Source: Mobula birostris
Taxonomy: Eukaryota
Length of the DNA: 64,000 bases
Reading direction: 5' to 3'
Assembly (NCBI RefSeq): GCF_030028105.1
Contig: NC_092394.1
Location: forward strand, 22,049,939 to 22,113,938
The notes beneath the pieces are model-generated. The model ran no database searches, had not been told where the DNA came from, and worked only from the letters and a program-made list of their open reading frames with translations. Position 1 is the first letter of the stretch; every line of letters begins with the position of its first letter. Shown here in pieces: positions 1-12,319 of the stretch. Position numbers and translations under genes: made by a program.

Positions 1-575
1 CGCTACCAAAATGATTGCTGAAATCTTCCGTGGCAGGTATAATGGCCGGCACTTGATCATAAGGTGTTCCAGATCTGGTTAGCAGGATTGGGACAGCACC
101 ATCACGTTTTACACCACGAGGAATTGATCATGAAGCAAATCCCACTGCTTTTGGCTTTAGAAGACCCAGCAGTCCTATCTTGATGGTGTATTGTGAACCT
201 GTCAATCTGAATCAGTGCATCCAAAATGGAAGGGGTTAACCAAGATTCCATGAAACAAAAATGCAACAGCTTTAATGTCCTTCTGGTACAGCACCCTTGG
301 TGTGAGATCTTTAGTTTCATTTACAAGAGACTGTACTTTTGCCAGCCAGATAGTTGGTATTGGAAGTTGAAAGCCTCGTTTTTTTAAAATGAACCATTAG
401 CCCAGTGTGACAACCTCGTTTCCACTGCCGTCTTAAAGGGACAGTCCACCAGCCAGAGTCCGATCTGCTTTCGTCAGTCTTGAACAACGATAGATTGTTT
501 AATCACATTACAATGTTGTTACTAACTGTACAGACCTTAGATGCAGTTGTGGTTCTCAGCTGCAGCAGGCTGAAA
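1..575 (-). mobile_element. Rex1/Babar-like LINE 5' part (AP endonuclease), degraded
   Basis: CFMESWL...DRTAGSSKAKSSGICFMINSSWC endonuclease motifs. Confidence 0.7.
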
Positions 576-644
576 TGAGAATATTTGACGATTTCCATTG
601 GAGCTGCTGCTTCAAGTCACCTTTAATTTGGAGCTCTGGAACCT

Positions 645-1280
645 GCTTTAATGGGTATCATCCAGTTGAACTCAATGCCTTCTATGCTTGCTTTGACCAT
701 CAAAACATGGAGGAACCATTACAAACTCCCACAACCCCCGATGATCCTGTGATTTCAGCCGTCAGGGGGGTGAACTCATGAAAAGCATTAGAGAGTGCAT
801 TTCAAGTATAAAAGACCTGTGCTGATCAACTGGCTGGAGTGTTCACTAAGATCTTTAACCGCTCCCTTTGGCAGTCTGAGGTATCAATCTACTTCAAGCA
901 GGCTTCAATTATACTGATGCCTAAGAAAAAAGTGGTAACCAGCCTCAATGTGTATCATCCAGTAGAACTTACATCCACAGTCATGCAGTGTTTTGAGAGT
1001 TTGGTGATGAAACATATCAACTCCTGCTTGAGAAGCAACTTGGATCCACTCCAACTTCCCAAATGGAGCAACAGGTCCACAGCAGCTGCCATCTCTTTGG
1101 CTCTTCACTCAACCCTGGAATATCTGAACAGCAAAGGTGCATACTCCAGGATGCTCTTTATCGATTACAGCTCAGCATTCAATACCACCATCCTCTAAAA
1201 ACTAATCAATGAGCTTCAAGGTGTTGACCTCAATACCTCTATGTGTAATTGGATGCTTGATTTTCTCACTTGCAGATAAT
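645..1280 (+). mobile_element. Rex1/Babar-like LINE RT fragment
   Basis: ELNAFYACFD, YHPVELTSTVMQCFE and RMLFIDYSSAFNTT motifs with frameshifts. Confidence 0.85.
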
Positions 1281-2104
1281 TCGGGAATTCCTTGTGGAAA
1301 TGTTGAATCAAAAGGAGTGGGAATTGGCCCTGTGGTTTTCTGTGGTCTGGGAATGATGACCTCACAGCCTATCTCACAAGATCAGAGTTCAGTGAATGGA
1401 AATGTGGGATTTCTCTCAGAGTGAACACTAAGATAAAGAGTGTTAAAATGGACTTCCCAGCTGCATTGTTTGACAGTATGAATACTAAATAAACCACATA
1501 GTGAATCATAATTACTCAGCTCAAAACAATAACTTTCCATAGATGTTGTCTGACCTGCTGACCTATTGTGAATCAAATGCTTGTGGCTTGGGTGATAGTC
1601 TTGTTGCATAGTTATGGACCTTTTCCTCACCTGTCACATTCTCCCATGGTTTGACTGTGTGACGAACAATTTTCATCCTATTTAGCAAGGCAGAGACATG
1701 GACAAAACTCACTTTTCTACAAAGTCCTGATTTGAACTGGTCACTGGAAGCAATGAGGTTGGTTTTAATCTTTCCTTCCTATTGTGATGGCCACCAATGA
1801 GATTTTTACATATTTTACCTTGATGATTACCTTGATGACATCATCATGATTTGGAACTCTCTGCAGTGATTCTTCACAATGTATTCTGTCACAGAACCAT
1901 ATCTTATGTACACCAGTGCATATTTTTAAATTCCATAGTTCTGATGAAAGATCATCAGCCTGAAATGTTACCTGTTTCCCTCTCCATAGATTTTACTTTT
2001 TATTTAGATGTTGCCCCAATGCTGTATACGATAAGGATGATGTTTTTACACTTCAGTCTCTGCTTTTCATCTTATTCCAAATATTTCTATTTTCCAACAC
2101 TTAC

Positions 2105-2208
2105 CTCGATAACTTTATGTCGCCATGAAAATATTCCAAAAAGAGTGGTCAACAGAATCACCACTACGCCAGCGATGATTGGTTCAAATGGCACTTGATA
2201 TGGTTTCT
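2105..2208 (-). CDS. TMIGD1: TMIGD1 transmembrane exon
   Basis: GCAG| acceptor and GAG|GTAAGT donor. VPFEPIIAGVVVILLTTLFGIFSWRHKVIE resembles human VPIEPIIAACVVIFLTLCFGLIARRKKIMK. The final PDZ-motif exon was not found in the window. Confidence 0.93.
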
Positions 2209-3116
2209 CTGCAAATCAATACTATGAATGTTAGTCTAGCAATTAAAAGTATTTAAACATAGATTTCTAAATAATTTGCTCAGTTTGTGACCAAAGTAGG
2301 TTGTTGCATTGGTTATGAAGCAACAGCATTCACTCAAAACGTTTACATTGTAAATACATGCTGATATTTATCTATTTGTACACTTTTTATTCTTTAAGTG
2401 TTCTTTAACCTCGATTAATTTCTCTTAATGTATATATAATACTCTATTTTCCATTTTTAAAATTCTTTATAATTGTTGAATGTTGTTTTTGTTGCATATT
2501 GCACCCTACCCAACACATCACAGCAAATTCCTAATACACATACTGTAAATGAATATGGTGAATAAAACTGATCCTTAAATCTTGACTTTTCTGGTAGAGT
2601 TCAGCTATAGCGGCACGATCTCTCATTCTCAGAAGGTCAATAAACTTTAACTAACACGAGTCAGGAGCAACTATTTGACAATAAGATAAACCATAATTTT
2701 CGTATATCAGAAGGTGCTCTATCCAAAGTATTTTGAAATTGAAGATCAAAGGAAAGAGACAACAATTTTTTTCAAAAGTGTTTCTTTCTCAGAAATTCTT
2801 TTTGTTTATGACAGACCACTTGAAGCTGAACACAAATATAATTTCAGACTGCTTGTATCACGTAAGAATTTGGAGAAACAAGAGATTAACTTTTATTGAC
2901 TGTAATACATTTCATTGCATTATCAGTGCTGACACGTTGCAATAGTTCGATTAAGCTAAAAGTGTTTTGTTGATGATTTTTGTTTGCACTCAATGTCTGA
3001 GGCTTCTTGCTTAATTGTGCAACAATAATCTGCCAGCGTTGATGGATTCCAGTTAACCTAATACTGTTTCTCCATGACCGCAATGTCCTGGTAAAACCTT
3101 TCAGAATGTTCATCAC

Positions 3117-3535
3117 TGACATAAGACCATAAAACCGTAACATATAGGAGCAGAATTAGGTCATTTGGCCCATTGAGTCGGCCCTGTTATCTCATCATAG
3201 CTGATGCATTTTCCCTCAGACTCAAACTCTTGCCTTCTCCCCATATCCCTTCATGTCCTGACCAATCAAGAATCTATATCAATCTCTACCTTAAGCATAT
3301 GTAAAGACTTGGTTTTTATAGATGCCTGTGGCAATGAGTTCCACAGATTCACCACTCTCTCCTCATCTCCAGTTTAAAAAGATGCCCCTCTATTCTGAGA
3401 CTGTGTCTTCCAGACCTAGACCCTCCCACCATAGGAAACATCATCTCCACGTCCACTCTGTCAAGGCCTTTCAACATTTGATAGCTTTCAATTAGGTCAT
3501 CCTTCATTCTTCTGAATTCCAGTGAATACAGTGAA
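3117..3535 (-). mobile_element. CR1 (HER1-like) LINE 3' fragment
   Basis: LYSLEFRRMKDDLIE...GHSLRIEG CR1 C-terminus followed by a short-repeat tail. Confidence 0.85.
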
Positions 3536-3559
3536 CACAGTGCCAAGATTTGTAGGGAA

Positions 3560-3959
3560 GAAGTCTAAATGGGAATACAGAAAATGAATCTTTAGTGACC
3601 CGTGTTGCACTTCATGGCTTTGTATGCTTGAATCATGTTGTCAACCAGGTGCTTTGTAGTTGACAAGACAACTTTCAAAAACATCCTTGAATGGCTTCCA
3701 TGTGATTTTTCCTGGTCCTACTAGAAGTTCTTTGAATTGCCTGTCATTGATGACCTGTTTAATTTGTGGACCAGCAAAAGCATCTTTCTTAATCTTGGCA
3801 TCAAATATTCTGACTTGAATTATGAATTGAAATAACAAATATAGGTGATTTTTAAAAAAGTTGCATGATAGGTTAATTTCATGGTGATTTTCATAATCAG
3901 CAGCACAAAATTCATAAGATACACCCAAAAGTATTTAACAAAATCTTTGTTGTCCGGTG
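3560..3959 (-). mobile_element. DNA transposon fragment, Chapaev3/CMC-like
   Basis: AKIKKDAFAGPQIKQVI...WKPFKDVFESCLVNYKAP transposase-like motif and terminus ...TTGTTGTCCGGTG. Family assignment is from memory. Confidence 0.5.
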
Positions 3960-4022
3960 TATTTTTTTGTTCTCATTTTCACTTTGCTATTCTTCTGGTT
4001 CACAAAGGACAGGCACTCTTAC

Positions 4023-4307
4023 CTTTCACATTCAGATTGAAGTACAAACTTCTGCTTCCAAGTGCGGAATTTGCCATGCAGGCGTATATCCCACTTTCCT
4101 CTTTTTGTACCTTCTTCATAAGCAGTGTAAAAGCACTACTGTCCCAGTTCACATGGTGTTTGCCTGCCTCCATCTTGAGGGTATTGTTATCTTTATACCA
4201 GGACATCACAGCTGGTGGATTAGACTTCACATTACAAGTTAGCGTTGCAACGTCACCAGTATATACTTCAACATCCACATCTCCATCCTGACTCAAAATA
4301 GGGACAA
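4023..4307 (-). CDS. TMIGD1: TMIGD1 Ig domain 2 exon
   Basis: TTGCAG| acceptor and AAG|GTAAG donor, 285 nt, phase 1-1. I-set motifs LTCNVKSNPPAVMSWYK...ESGIYACMANSALG. Confidence 0.95.
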
Positions 4308-5666
4308 CTGCAACAATTTAAACACAAAACAAAACTCAGCAAAACTACAAAAGATTTTTTTTTCCAAATGGTATTAATACTTAAATCCAGAGATATAAAA
4401 TGTCTACCCTGTGGTTCTATCGCTGTATACTTTTTACAGAATTAAATGTCAGTAATGCTTCAAAGAGGCCAATTGGATATCCCATCAATAAAATTAGTGG
4501 ATATTTGGAGACCGTTTTGGGAAAACAAGTCAATGTGAACAGGAAACATATGATCCAAAACAAGGTAAGCAGCAAAACAACAGTGACTTTTGAAAGGGGG
4601 AGTAAATTATTTTTTTTAAACCGCAGATACTGGTATTTTTAATCAATACAGAAATCATTGTAAATATCTAGTAAGTCATCTGGAATGGAAAAACATGTCT
4701 TCGTGCTTTAGTTCTGAAGGAACATCTTGAAGTGTTTGTCCTCCCCACAGAAGCTGAATGATTTGTTATTTTATACTGGCTCATTTCATTTGCTTCTCTC
4801 TCCTGTCAGTGACAGCAGTACTACATATTTCTATTGCCAACTGAATGACATTATTGAGAGATATCTTCAATGAAAGCTTGAATAGAGAGCTGCCTAGAGT
4901 GAGGTGAGAAATATTTCAGAAAATGCTTTATCAGCTTTTTGAGGTGCTAAATTTCCGTGATGTTGGGGAAGTATTTCAAGTTCAAGTTTAGTTGCCGTTC
5001 AACTGTACACATGAATACAGCCAAACGAAACAGCGTTTCTTCAGGGCCAAGGTGCAAAGCACAGTACCAACAGTCACAAGTCACATATAGCACATATAAT
5101 TACCAGCAGGAAAACACACACTCACAAAAAAAAATATAGCTCAGGTCCTTGAGTGTCATAGCCTGTAGATTGATGGGGCATGAGAAGTCCTGGAGCCATG
5201 TTACTGCAAGGACGAGCATGCAGTAGTCCTCCCCGTGCACTAGTGCAGCCCCAGGCAAATGCAATCCAACTTGTCTTCCACTGAGCGAACACTGGAGGGC
5301 AGCACTGATGGGAGGGGCCAGCCCCCAACCCAGTACAGAGTTCAGCATGCACACGGTGCCTCTGCTCTCTCCCACACCGCCTCGGCACCTCCTCCCCTGC
5401 GTGGTTGCCACAGATGATCCCATAACATGAGGGCCTGGTCCGTGGAACAGCCGAGGCAATGCAGGCTGCTGTCGGTTTCATCAATGAACCAGTGAACTGG
5501 ACTTGCAGTATTCTACATTGCCAACGTCTAACAGGGTCTTACTGTGACAAGAAAAATGTCCAAGATACTCATTTGCACTGCTTGGTGGACTTCTGTGGTA
5601 CTTCAGCACAATCGAAGTACCATCATGTCAGCATCTATTTTCACTCTTCTAACACTGGACCTAGAA

Positions 5667-6281
5667 CAGTGGTCCCCAGCTTCCGGGCCTCGGAGCATGC
5701 AGGGGTGCAGCGGTAGCCGGAGCGCACCCAGCACATCTTTAAGAAAAAAGCCGAAATAAACAAGTTAATTAATTAGGTGCCGCCCAGCGCATGAATGACG
5801 GCCCAGATCAGAGGCGATTGCCGATTTCACTTGCTCAACGTGATGTTCACTCCTCTTTCCAGGGTGCTGGAGCCTTTAGCTCTTCCATTGTTTGGTCAAT
5901 TTAAACGCCAGCCCAGACAGGCTGAAAAGACAGGGCTGTCAGGATCGAGGTGACATATTGAATCTATACAAACTTCTAATAAAGTATAGGCGCTGCCATG
6001 CTTTCTTTGTAATGACAGTTACGTGCTGGTCCCAGGACAGATCCTCTGACACTATTCAGAGAGAGAAACGTCAATCCTTAATGTCAAAGAATTTGAAGTT
6101 ATTGACCTTCTCCACCTCAGTTCCTCTAATGAAGACTGGCTTGTGGGCGGCACCTAATTAATTAGCTTGTCTATTTCGGCTTTTTTCTTAAAGATGTGCT
6201 GGGTACTCTCTGACCACCTCTGCACCCCTGCATGCTTCACGGCCCGGTATCGGTCTGCGGCCCGGAGGTTGGGGACCACTG
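5667..6281. mobile_element. hAT-Charlie-type MITE
   Basis: TIR CAGTGGTCCCCA.../...TGGGGACCACTG, about 120-bp inverted arms, perfect 8-bp TSD ACCTAGAA (5659-5666 and 6282-6289). Confidence 0.92.
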
Positions 6282-6529
6282 ACCTAGAATGCCCATAACT
6301 GTCCTGGTGTCTGTATCAGTGTCAGGGGAGCAAATAGCCAATTGCATCCCCTCTCGCTCCAACACCACATCAGTGCTAGTCATTGAGTCACACAGCAAGG
6401 CAGAAGGTCTTTTGGCCCACTGAGTCTGCACTGACCATCAAGCAGCAGTTTACTCTAATCCTATTTTATATTCTTCACCTTCCCACCAACTTTCCGCATA
6501 TTCTACTACCTACTGACACACTGAGACAA

Positions 6530-6710
6530 ATCACAGTGGACAATTATCTTGCCAACCACACTTCTTTGGGATGTGGCAGGGAACTGGTGCACCTAGAAGA
6601 AACCCACACAGTGGCAAGAAGAACGTGCAAACTCTACACAGACAGCACAGGTGATCGAGATTGAATTTGGGCCACTGGAGCAGTGAGGTAGCAACTCTAT
6701 GAGCTGCTAG
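6530..6710 (-). mobile_element. V-SINE (HE1-like), degraded
   Basis: Reverse complement contains GAGTTTGCACGTTCTT...GTGGGTTTCTTCTAGGTGCACCAGTT, a V-domain-like sequence. Confidence 0.6.
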
Positions 6711-6714
6711 TTTC

Positions 6715-7500
6715 TGGGCGACAACATCTCAGAGGATTTATCCCGGGCCCAACATAGTAAAGCAATCACAAAGAAGGCGGCTATACTTCATGAAGAGTTT
6801 GAGGAGACTTGGTATGTTACCAAAGACTCTAGAAAATTTCTACAGTTGTACCGTGGAGTGCATTCTTACTACTTATATCACCATCTGTTATACACCATCT
6901 GTTATACGCCAGTGTTGGCACGTGGCCAAGCGGTGGCGTTCGTCTACTGACTTGAAGGTCGCTAGTTCGAGCCTTGGCTGAGGCAGCACGTGTGTCCTTG
7001 AGGAAGGCACTTAACCACACATTGCTCTGCGACAACACCAGTGCCAAGCTGTGTGGGTCCTAATGCCCTTCCCTTGGACAACATCGGTGTCGTGGAGAGG
7101 GGAGACTTGCAGCATGGGCAACTGCCAGTCTTCCATACAACCTTGCCCAGGCCTGCGCCCTGGAAACCTTCCATGGCGCAAATCCATGGTCTCATGAGAC
7201 TAACGGATGCCTAAAAAAAAATACACTCATCATCTGGGACATGCCTTCTTCATCAGAGAGGATGTACAGGAGCCTGGAGATGCACACTCAATGCTTTAGG
7301 AAACGCCTCTTCCCCTCTGTTAGCGGATTTCTGAATAGTGCATGAACCCATGAACACAACCTCACAATTCCTCTTTTACACTATTTATTTATTCGTTTTA
7401 TTTCTTATTTTAATTTGGTGAAATCTTTTATGTGTTGCACTGTACTGCTGCCACAAAGCAAAAAATTTCATGAAATTTGTCAGTGATAATGAACCTGATT
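6715..7500 (+). mobile_element. Rex1-like LINE 3' fragment interrupted by a SINE
   Basis: SLRRLGMLPKTLENFYSCTVECIL motif and a 3' UTR shared with other copies. Confidence 0.7.
6912..7222 (+). mobile_element. tRNA-derived SINE (CORE-like body, RTE-like tail)
   Basis: A box TGGCCAAGCGG, B box GTTCGAGCC, GTGTCCTTGAGGAAGGCACTTAACC core, A tail; closely similar to the copy at 18232. Confidence 0.8.
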
Positions 7501-8104
7501 CTGCCTCTGCTCTCTCCTTTGTATCAAGGTAAGACAATTAAGAAAGTAGTACTTTAGCCTGAATGTTAACCAACTGCAGAACCAGATGGTTAAATTGAAA
7601 ATAAAATCTGACTTCAGATAAAAACCTTTTGCCAATTATCGTGGAGCCTTAAAGGCTAGCCCAGTAGTTAACTTTGGTGGCATGTCCATTACTGGGGAAC
7701 TGGCTATTCATCCTGCTCAATGTCTACACAGACCATGAAAAACAGTACAACTGTTGGGCAGGTTTCTGGAGGAAGCCCTCCTACTGAGCCCAAGATTATC
7801 CAAGTTTCCCCAAAGTAAAAAGTCTGATCCAGGATCTATTTGATGGTTGAAGCAAATTTCAGCCAGGAAGGGGTGATTCCATCAACTCAATGTTTCCATA
7901 AGGTTAATGGTTGGTTTCCATTAGGTTAACTATTAGTTTCAAATATTCTTTTTGCATGGTTTAGCACAAATAACATCCATGTAACCAGCAAAACAACTTT
8001 GTTCAGAGACCTGACAACACTGAATTATAGCTTATCCCTTTTCTCTCCCACTATGTCCAACAGTAAAAGATTTTTTCCTTCCCTGCCAGCTAAACTACTT
8101 GATC

Positions 8105-8385
8105 CTCTCCCTTCTCCAGCTTTGTATCCCTTTTGCTAATCAACTGTCCAGCTCTTAGCTCCATCCCTCCCCCTCCTGTCTTCTCCTATCATTTCGGATC
8201 TCCCCCTCCCCCTCCCACTTTCAAATCTCTTACTATCTCTTCTTTCAGTTAGTTCTGACGAAGGGTCTTGGCCCAAAACGTCGACTGTACCCCTTCCTAT
8301 AGATGCTGCCTGGCCCGCTGTGTTCACTAGTACTTTTTGTGTGTGTTGCTTGAACTTCCAGCATCTGCAGATTTCCTCGTGTTTA
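8105..8385 (+). mobile_element. Penelope-like pLTR
   Basis: Near-identical to copies at 9609, 12050, 15742 and 51775; hammerhead motif with GAAA mutated to AAAA. Confidence 0.75.
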
Positions 8386-8727
8386 TAGTCTTATTCCTGT
8401 AGCCTGTTATCAGTACTGTTTGTTATGGCCTTAATTATAGAGGGGAAGTCTCATTATCCAATGGCCTTTATATGGTATTTGAATTGTGCCACTGGATCTT
8501 TAACTGATCAATCTCCTGGTTCATTATGACATTATATTTTTATTGGTAACTGCTTTTAAATAGCTTCTCACTATCAATCAGTGATCATTACTTTTTAGTG
8601 TTTATATTTTTAATGACATTTATTTCACTGAGTGACTGTATACAAATTGGAATCAGACTTTTTATCGTATGTCTCCCCACCAAGTCTCTTGAAATTTGGG
8701 CTTCTGAGGAATGGTAGCTATACTCAC

Positions 8728-9006
8728 ATCTGACATCAAGGAGCACGCTTCTTTTGACTGTAGAATCTCGGCTTAAGTGGCAGCTAAATGTAACGTCATT
8801 GTCATCGGCTGTAATTGGATCGATGCACACAGTGCTGACATTGATCCGATTCAGAGGCTTCAAGTTAATCACTCTGTCTCCCCGAAGCCAGACTAACTCT
8901 TCATCTTGGCTGTTGTTAACCGCTGTGCATGTTAGAGAAAGAGCATCTGAGATATTCTTGATGAGCTTGTGGTTTGCTGTGCAATCATTAATGCAGATGC
9001 CTGTAC
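8728..9006 (-). CDS. TMIGD1: TMIGD1 Ig domain 1 exon
   Basis: CCAG|GT acceptor and T|GTGAGT donor, 279 nt, phase 1-1. LSLTCTAVNNSQDEELVWLRGDRVINLKPLNRINVSTVCIDPITADDNDVTFSCHLSRD resembles human TMIGD1 (SLICAVQNHTREEELLWYR...SVCVSSISENDNGISFTCRLGRD, recalled). Confidence 0.93.
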
Positions 9007-9608
9007 CTGGTTAAGGAATAATAGCACCTGTTTATAAATATATAACAGGAAGAGAGTTTAATAAGGAAGTAAACAGTACAAGTCACATTATAAAAGGATT
9101 CTTTGACTATTTCCAAAGGTTAATTGAATTATTTTGAAGTTTCTACTTTCAGAAAATGTCATAAAAATCTGTGATTCTGTAACTATAACATCATTATTTT
9201 GGCAATTCAATCTGATGGGCCAGCCTGACTTGAAGAGAAAAAGAAGCTTTAAATGACTGCGCTGGGGCAATTTCTTCATAATCTGTGGATCTCAGGAGAA
9301 GAAATTCCATTATTCTCTCAAACAACTTGCACTTTATCCATACACTTCCATTGTTTATAATGTAATCTGTCAATCACTTTTCTATGTACAGAGATATTGT
9401 AACAGCGATTTTCTGATTCTGTTAAACAAAATTCAGCATTTCATACACCTGGTAGTATAAAGGGATCATCTGAAATATTGTTGGCTTCAGAATTCAAAGG
9501 AAAGTTTCTGACTTGTTTCTCTACTATTTCATTTAACAAAGATAGAAAAGCAAAACAACTATTCTGAAAAGCATAAAAGGAAGGAAATCAACTTTAAATT
9601 TACTCGCA

Positions 9609-10255
9609 AACACGAAGAAATCTGCAGATGCTGGAATTTCAAGCATCAAGTATCAACACATAAAAGTTGCTGGTGAACACAGCAAGCCTGGCAGCATCTA
9701 CAGGAAGAGGTACAGTTGATGTTTTGGGCCGAGACCCTTCATCAGGACTAACTGAAAGAAGAGATAGTAAGAGATTTGAAAGTGGGAGGGGGAGGGGGAG
9801 ATCCGAAATGATAGGAGAAGACAGGTGTAATTTCTTCGGCTCTTCAACTTTTCGACCACACTTTGACTCAGACTCACTATCACAGCCATATATCCTTTCT
9901 TGGAACGTGTCTCCGCCGCCAACTTACTCCAGTTGGCTTTAGGATTCGTTTCCGAACCTCTCAATTTGGACCTTCTGAGGATCCCAGGTACTCACATTTA
10001 ATTGACTCTGCCTCCCGTCGCTTCTCCCGTCAAGCTCTGAAGGCGATCCTCTCCGTTATGAGGCTCCCTAGGCCTCCTGTCCCATGATCCTCTCATATCC
10101 CTTTTGCCAATCAACTGTCCAGCTCTTGGCTCCATCCCTCCCCCTCCTGTCTTCTCCTATCATTTCGGATCTCCCCCTCCCCCTCCCACTTTCAAATCTC
10201 TTACTAGCTCTTCTTTCAGTTAATCCTGACGAAGGATTCAGTTAATCCTGACGAA
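9609..10255 (+). mobile_element. Internally deleted Penelope-like element (inverted pLTR, putative ORF 5' piece, pLTR)
   Basis: 9609-9824 is the reverse complement of the pLTR whose 5' part recurs at 10060-10255; coding-like segment HISFLGTCLRRQLTPVGFRIRF lies between them. Confidence 0.7.
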
Positions 10256-11254
10256 ATTCCTCTTCAGCTACGTTTTAAAGGAAAATTTCTTTATTCTGGG
10301 GCTATACCCTCAGATCCAAGACTCTCCTGCTGATGGAAGCATTCTCTGTATGTCTGCTTTATTCAGGTCTTTCAGTGTCTGGTAGATTTCAATGAGATCT
10401 CCGATCATTCTTCTGAATTCCATCAAGTGCAGACCCAGAGACATCAAACACTATTATGCAAATGAGAGGTACGTTCTCCACTAAATCACGGGTTCAAAAA
10501 GGTGTTTGAAAGTGAAAGTAAAGGATTAGTCCGGAGACAATTTGTCTAAAATATTAACGTAAAGGATTAGTGTCTCAAGTGTTCTCAGAAGATGAGGTAA
10601 AAGGATTAGAATTTATATTCAGTGATGAGTTGACTATGGTCACCACTGGCCTACAAATAAAATAATAACTTGCCTTGTGCAGCTCTGTGGATAAGAAACG
10701 GCTGAGAGAAGCTAGATGCAGTAATCTCATCAAGGCCCCTACTACGACAGGGCCATCCACAACATCATCACCAATTTGGCTGTCAACACTGACAAAACAT
10801 TTGAATGTTTCAATTTTCTGAATTATTTGGGCAGGGATTTGCTTTGTTACTGGGCATCAAAAAGTATGTTGAGCTAAAATACCTTTTACTAATGCTAGGT
10901 AATTTAAAAATAATTTTAGATAAAGTGTGTAGTTGTTTTACTGACAGTGTAAATGCTTAGTTTTTCAAACTTGTGTGCACCCAGTCTGCGAGAATCCATT
11001 ACTGATGGTTCAATGTAGCACCTTAAACTACATTTCAATATCCAAAATATCAAAAAATATTTACCAAATGGTCAACATCATACTCATCTAATTCTGGGTT
11101 GAGTCCTGCAGAAGCACAAACTTTAAAGTTGACAATGAAATTTTACCAGAAATGAACAGGTATCAATAATTATTATCAACAAAGTGTCTGATTACTGGGT
11201 GGCTACTTGTTTCTTTGCAGATCCTCACCTCACTATAGCTTTGCCACGTGGACC

Positions 11255-12020
11255 AAAAGACCATAAGACATAGGAGCAGAATTAGGCCATTCACCCCATC
11301 AAGTCTGCTCCATCATCCCATGATGGCTGATCCCGGATCCCACTCAACCCCATACACCTGCCTTCTCGCCATATCTTTTGATGCCCTGACCGATCAGTAA
11401 AACAATCAACTTCCACCTTAAAATATACACATGGACTTAGCCTCCACTGCAGTCTGTGGCAGAGCATTCCACCTCCTTAACTCTTCTAAAAGATCACCCC
11501 TCAATTTTGAGACTGTGCCCTTTAGTTCTGGATGCTCCCACCATAGGAAAAATCACACCCAACCTATCTAGTCCTTTCAACGAGATCCCCCCTGCATTCT
11601 TCTAAGTTCCAGTGAGTACAGGCCCAAAGCTGCCAAACGTTCCTCATATGTTAACCCCTTCATTTCTGAAATCATCCTCATGAACCTCCTCTGGACTCTC
11701 TCCAATGACAACCCATCCTTTCTGAGATATCGGGCCCAAAACTGTTGACAATACTCCAAGTGTGGCCTGACTAGTGTCTTATAAAGGCTCAGCATTATCT
11801 TCTTGCTTTTATATTCTATTCCCCGTGAAATAAATGCAAACATTGCATTTGCTTTCTTTACCACAGACTCAACCTGTAAATTAACCTCAGGGAGTCTTGC
11901 ATGAGGACTCCTAAGTTCTTCTGCACTTCTGATGCTTGAACCTTCTCCCCATTTAAATAATAGTCTGCACTATTGTTCCTTTTACCAAAATGCATATTCA
12001 TATATTTCCCAACACTAAAC
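11255..12020 (-). mobile_element. CR1 LINE 3' fragment
   Basis: VKKANAMFAFISRGIEYKSK...LYKTLVRPHLEYC. Confidence 0.9.
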
Positions 12021-12049
12021 ATAGACTAATTATGTTAAGTCTTACATTC

Positions 12050-12319
12050 AACACTCACAAAAAATGCTGGTGAACGCAGCAGGCCAGGCAGCATCTATAG
12101 GAATAGGTACAGTCGACGTTTCGGGCCGAGACCCTTCGTCAGGGTGAACTGAAAGAAGAGATAGTGAAGCTATCTCTTCTTTCAGTTAGTCCTGACAAAG
12201 GGTCTCGGCCCGAAACGTCGACTGTACCTATTCCTATAGATGCTGCCTGGCCTGCTGCATTCACCAGCATTTTTTGTGTGTGTTGCTTGTATTTCCAGCA
12301 TCTGCAGATTTCCTCGTGT
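12050..12319. mobile_element. Hairpin unit made of two inverted Penelope pLTR segments
   Basis: Near-perfect inverted arms of about 90 bp flanked by the 15-bp direct repeat TTAAGTCTTACATTC (12035-12049 and 12320-12334). Confidence 0.85.

Noticed and set aside
1-2104. Search for the final TMIGD1 exon (C-terminal PDZ-binding motif)
   Set aside because: No convincing short exon was found; it probably lies left of the window
3881-4291. 136-aa plus-strand ORF
   Set aside because: It is the antisense shadow of the TMIGD1 Ig2 exon
6912-6985. tRNA gene
   Set aside because: The A and B boxes belong to a SINE head, and no full cloverleaf can be formed
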